Origin: Escherichia coli
Lineage (GTDB): Bacteria; Pseudomonadota; Gammaproteobacteria; Enterobacterales; Enterobacteriaceae
DNA length: 64,000 nt
Assembly: GCF_044324875.1 (NCBI RefSeq)
Contig: NZ_CP172185.1
Strand: one strand, 5' to 3'
Shown: piece after piece, positions 62,422 to 64,000 of the stretch
Layout: every line of letters begins with the position of its first letter
How positions within the stretch are numbered: position 1 is the first letter of the stretch
Made by a program: the position numbers and the translations under genes
Notes under the pieces: model-generated
The model's database searches: none
What the model saw: the letters and a program-made list of their open reading frames with translations, nothing else
What the model was told of the DNA's origin: nothing

Positions 62422-62440
62422 ATTTGATAATCATTCTCGT
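62422..62440 (+). promoter_or_regulatory. candidate Fur box in the mntH promoter
   Basis: tttgataatcattctcgtt resembles the GATAATGATAATCATTATC Fur consensus. Confidence 0.5.
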
Positions 62441-62453
62441 TTGACATAGCATG

Positions 62454-62475
62454 AAACATAGCAAAGGCTATGTTT
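62454..62475 (+). promoter_or_regulatory. candidate MntR operator (perfect palindrome)
   Basis: AAACATAGC-aaag-GCTATGTTT inverted repeat 13 bp upstream of the mntH ATG. Confidence 0.65.
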
Positions 62476-62478
62476 TAG

Positions 62479-63726
<1,248 letters not shown>

Positions 63727-63754
63727 TTCAACTGGCGTCGTACCAGGCATCACT

Positions 63755-63845
63755 GGCGGATGCGGCGTAAAACGCCTTATCCGCCCTATGCGTTAAAGAG
63801 ACGGTTTGTAGGTCTGATAAGACGCGCTAGCGTCGCATCAGGCAT
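63755..63845. repeat. BIME-type cluster of two REP elements between mntH and ypeC
   Basis: ggcggatgcggcgtaaaacgccttatccgccctat and gtaggtctgataagacgcgctagcgtcgcatcaggc, both REP-like palindromes. Confidence 0.75.
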
Positions 63846-63867
63846 TGTGCTCCATTGACGGACGCGT

Positions 63868-64000
63868 TTAATGGCGATGCCCATGTCCGCGGCCTTTTCC
63901 GCGATGATCGTCACGATCGCGCCAGCCTTCACGATAGCCACGCTCATACGCTTTACGCTTATCCCAGCCACGATGGTAGCCATTATCATGACGCCACCAG
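63868..64000 (-). CDS. ypeC: DUF2502 protein YpeC, C-terminal part only (5' end beyond the window)
   Basis: Minus-strand frame translates to ...[43 protein letters not shown] with stop at 63868..63870; no start codon inside the window. Confidence 0.75.

Noticed and set aside
63786-63989. 67-aa minus-strand ORF at the window end
   Set aside because: Spans the REP/BIME element and is an alternative frame of the ypeC C-terminal region; the ypeC frame is the one that gives a recognisable protein.

Overview
This window reads as a conserved Escherichia coli-type chromosomal segment running aegA-nudK-ypfG / tktB-talA / maeB / the complete 17-gene eut operon (eutSPQTDMNEJGHABCLK + eutR) / hemF-amiA / ypeA-yfeZ-yfeY-yfeX / yfeW-murP-murQ + murR / ucpA / cysPUWAM / yfeK / pdxK / crr-ptsI-ptsH / cysK / cysZ / zipA-ligA-ypeB / yfeH / yfeR / yfeN / xapA-xapB-xapR / tRNA-Val x3 + tRNA-Lys / gltX / yfeD-yfeC / tRNA-Ala x2 / pdeA(yfeA) / nupC / mntH / ypeC. 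Gene identities come from recognising the translated ORFs from memory; no database search was run. Coding density is high, the largest intergenic gap is about 380 bp, and I find no integrase, transposase, CRISPR array, phage or defence-like gene cluster. I therefore do not see evidence for a novel multi-gene system here. The points worth a second look are small: a duplicated tRNA-Lys 3' end plus terminator downstream of lysV, an unlisted 52-codon membrane ORF between xapB and xapR, a GC-rich palindromic repeat present in two intergenic sites, and three junctions that, from my memory of K-12, are empty here but occupied in K-12 (eutA/eutB prophage site, yfeK/cysM, nupC/pdeA). Gene starts were set by frame arithmetic from the ORF track and checked against the sequence; a few remain uncertain where noted. 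Hand-counted coordinates of short motifs may be off by 1-2 bp.
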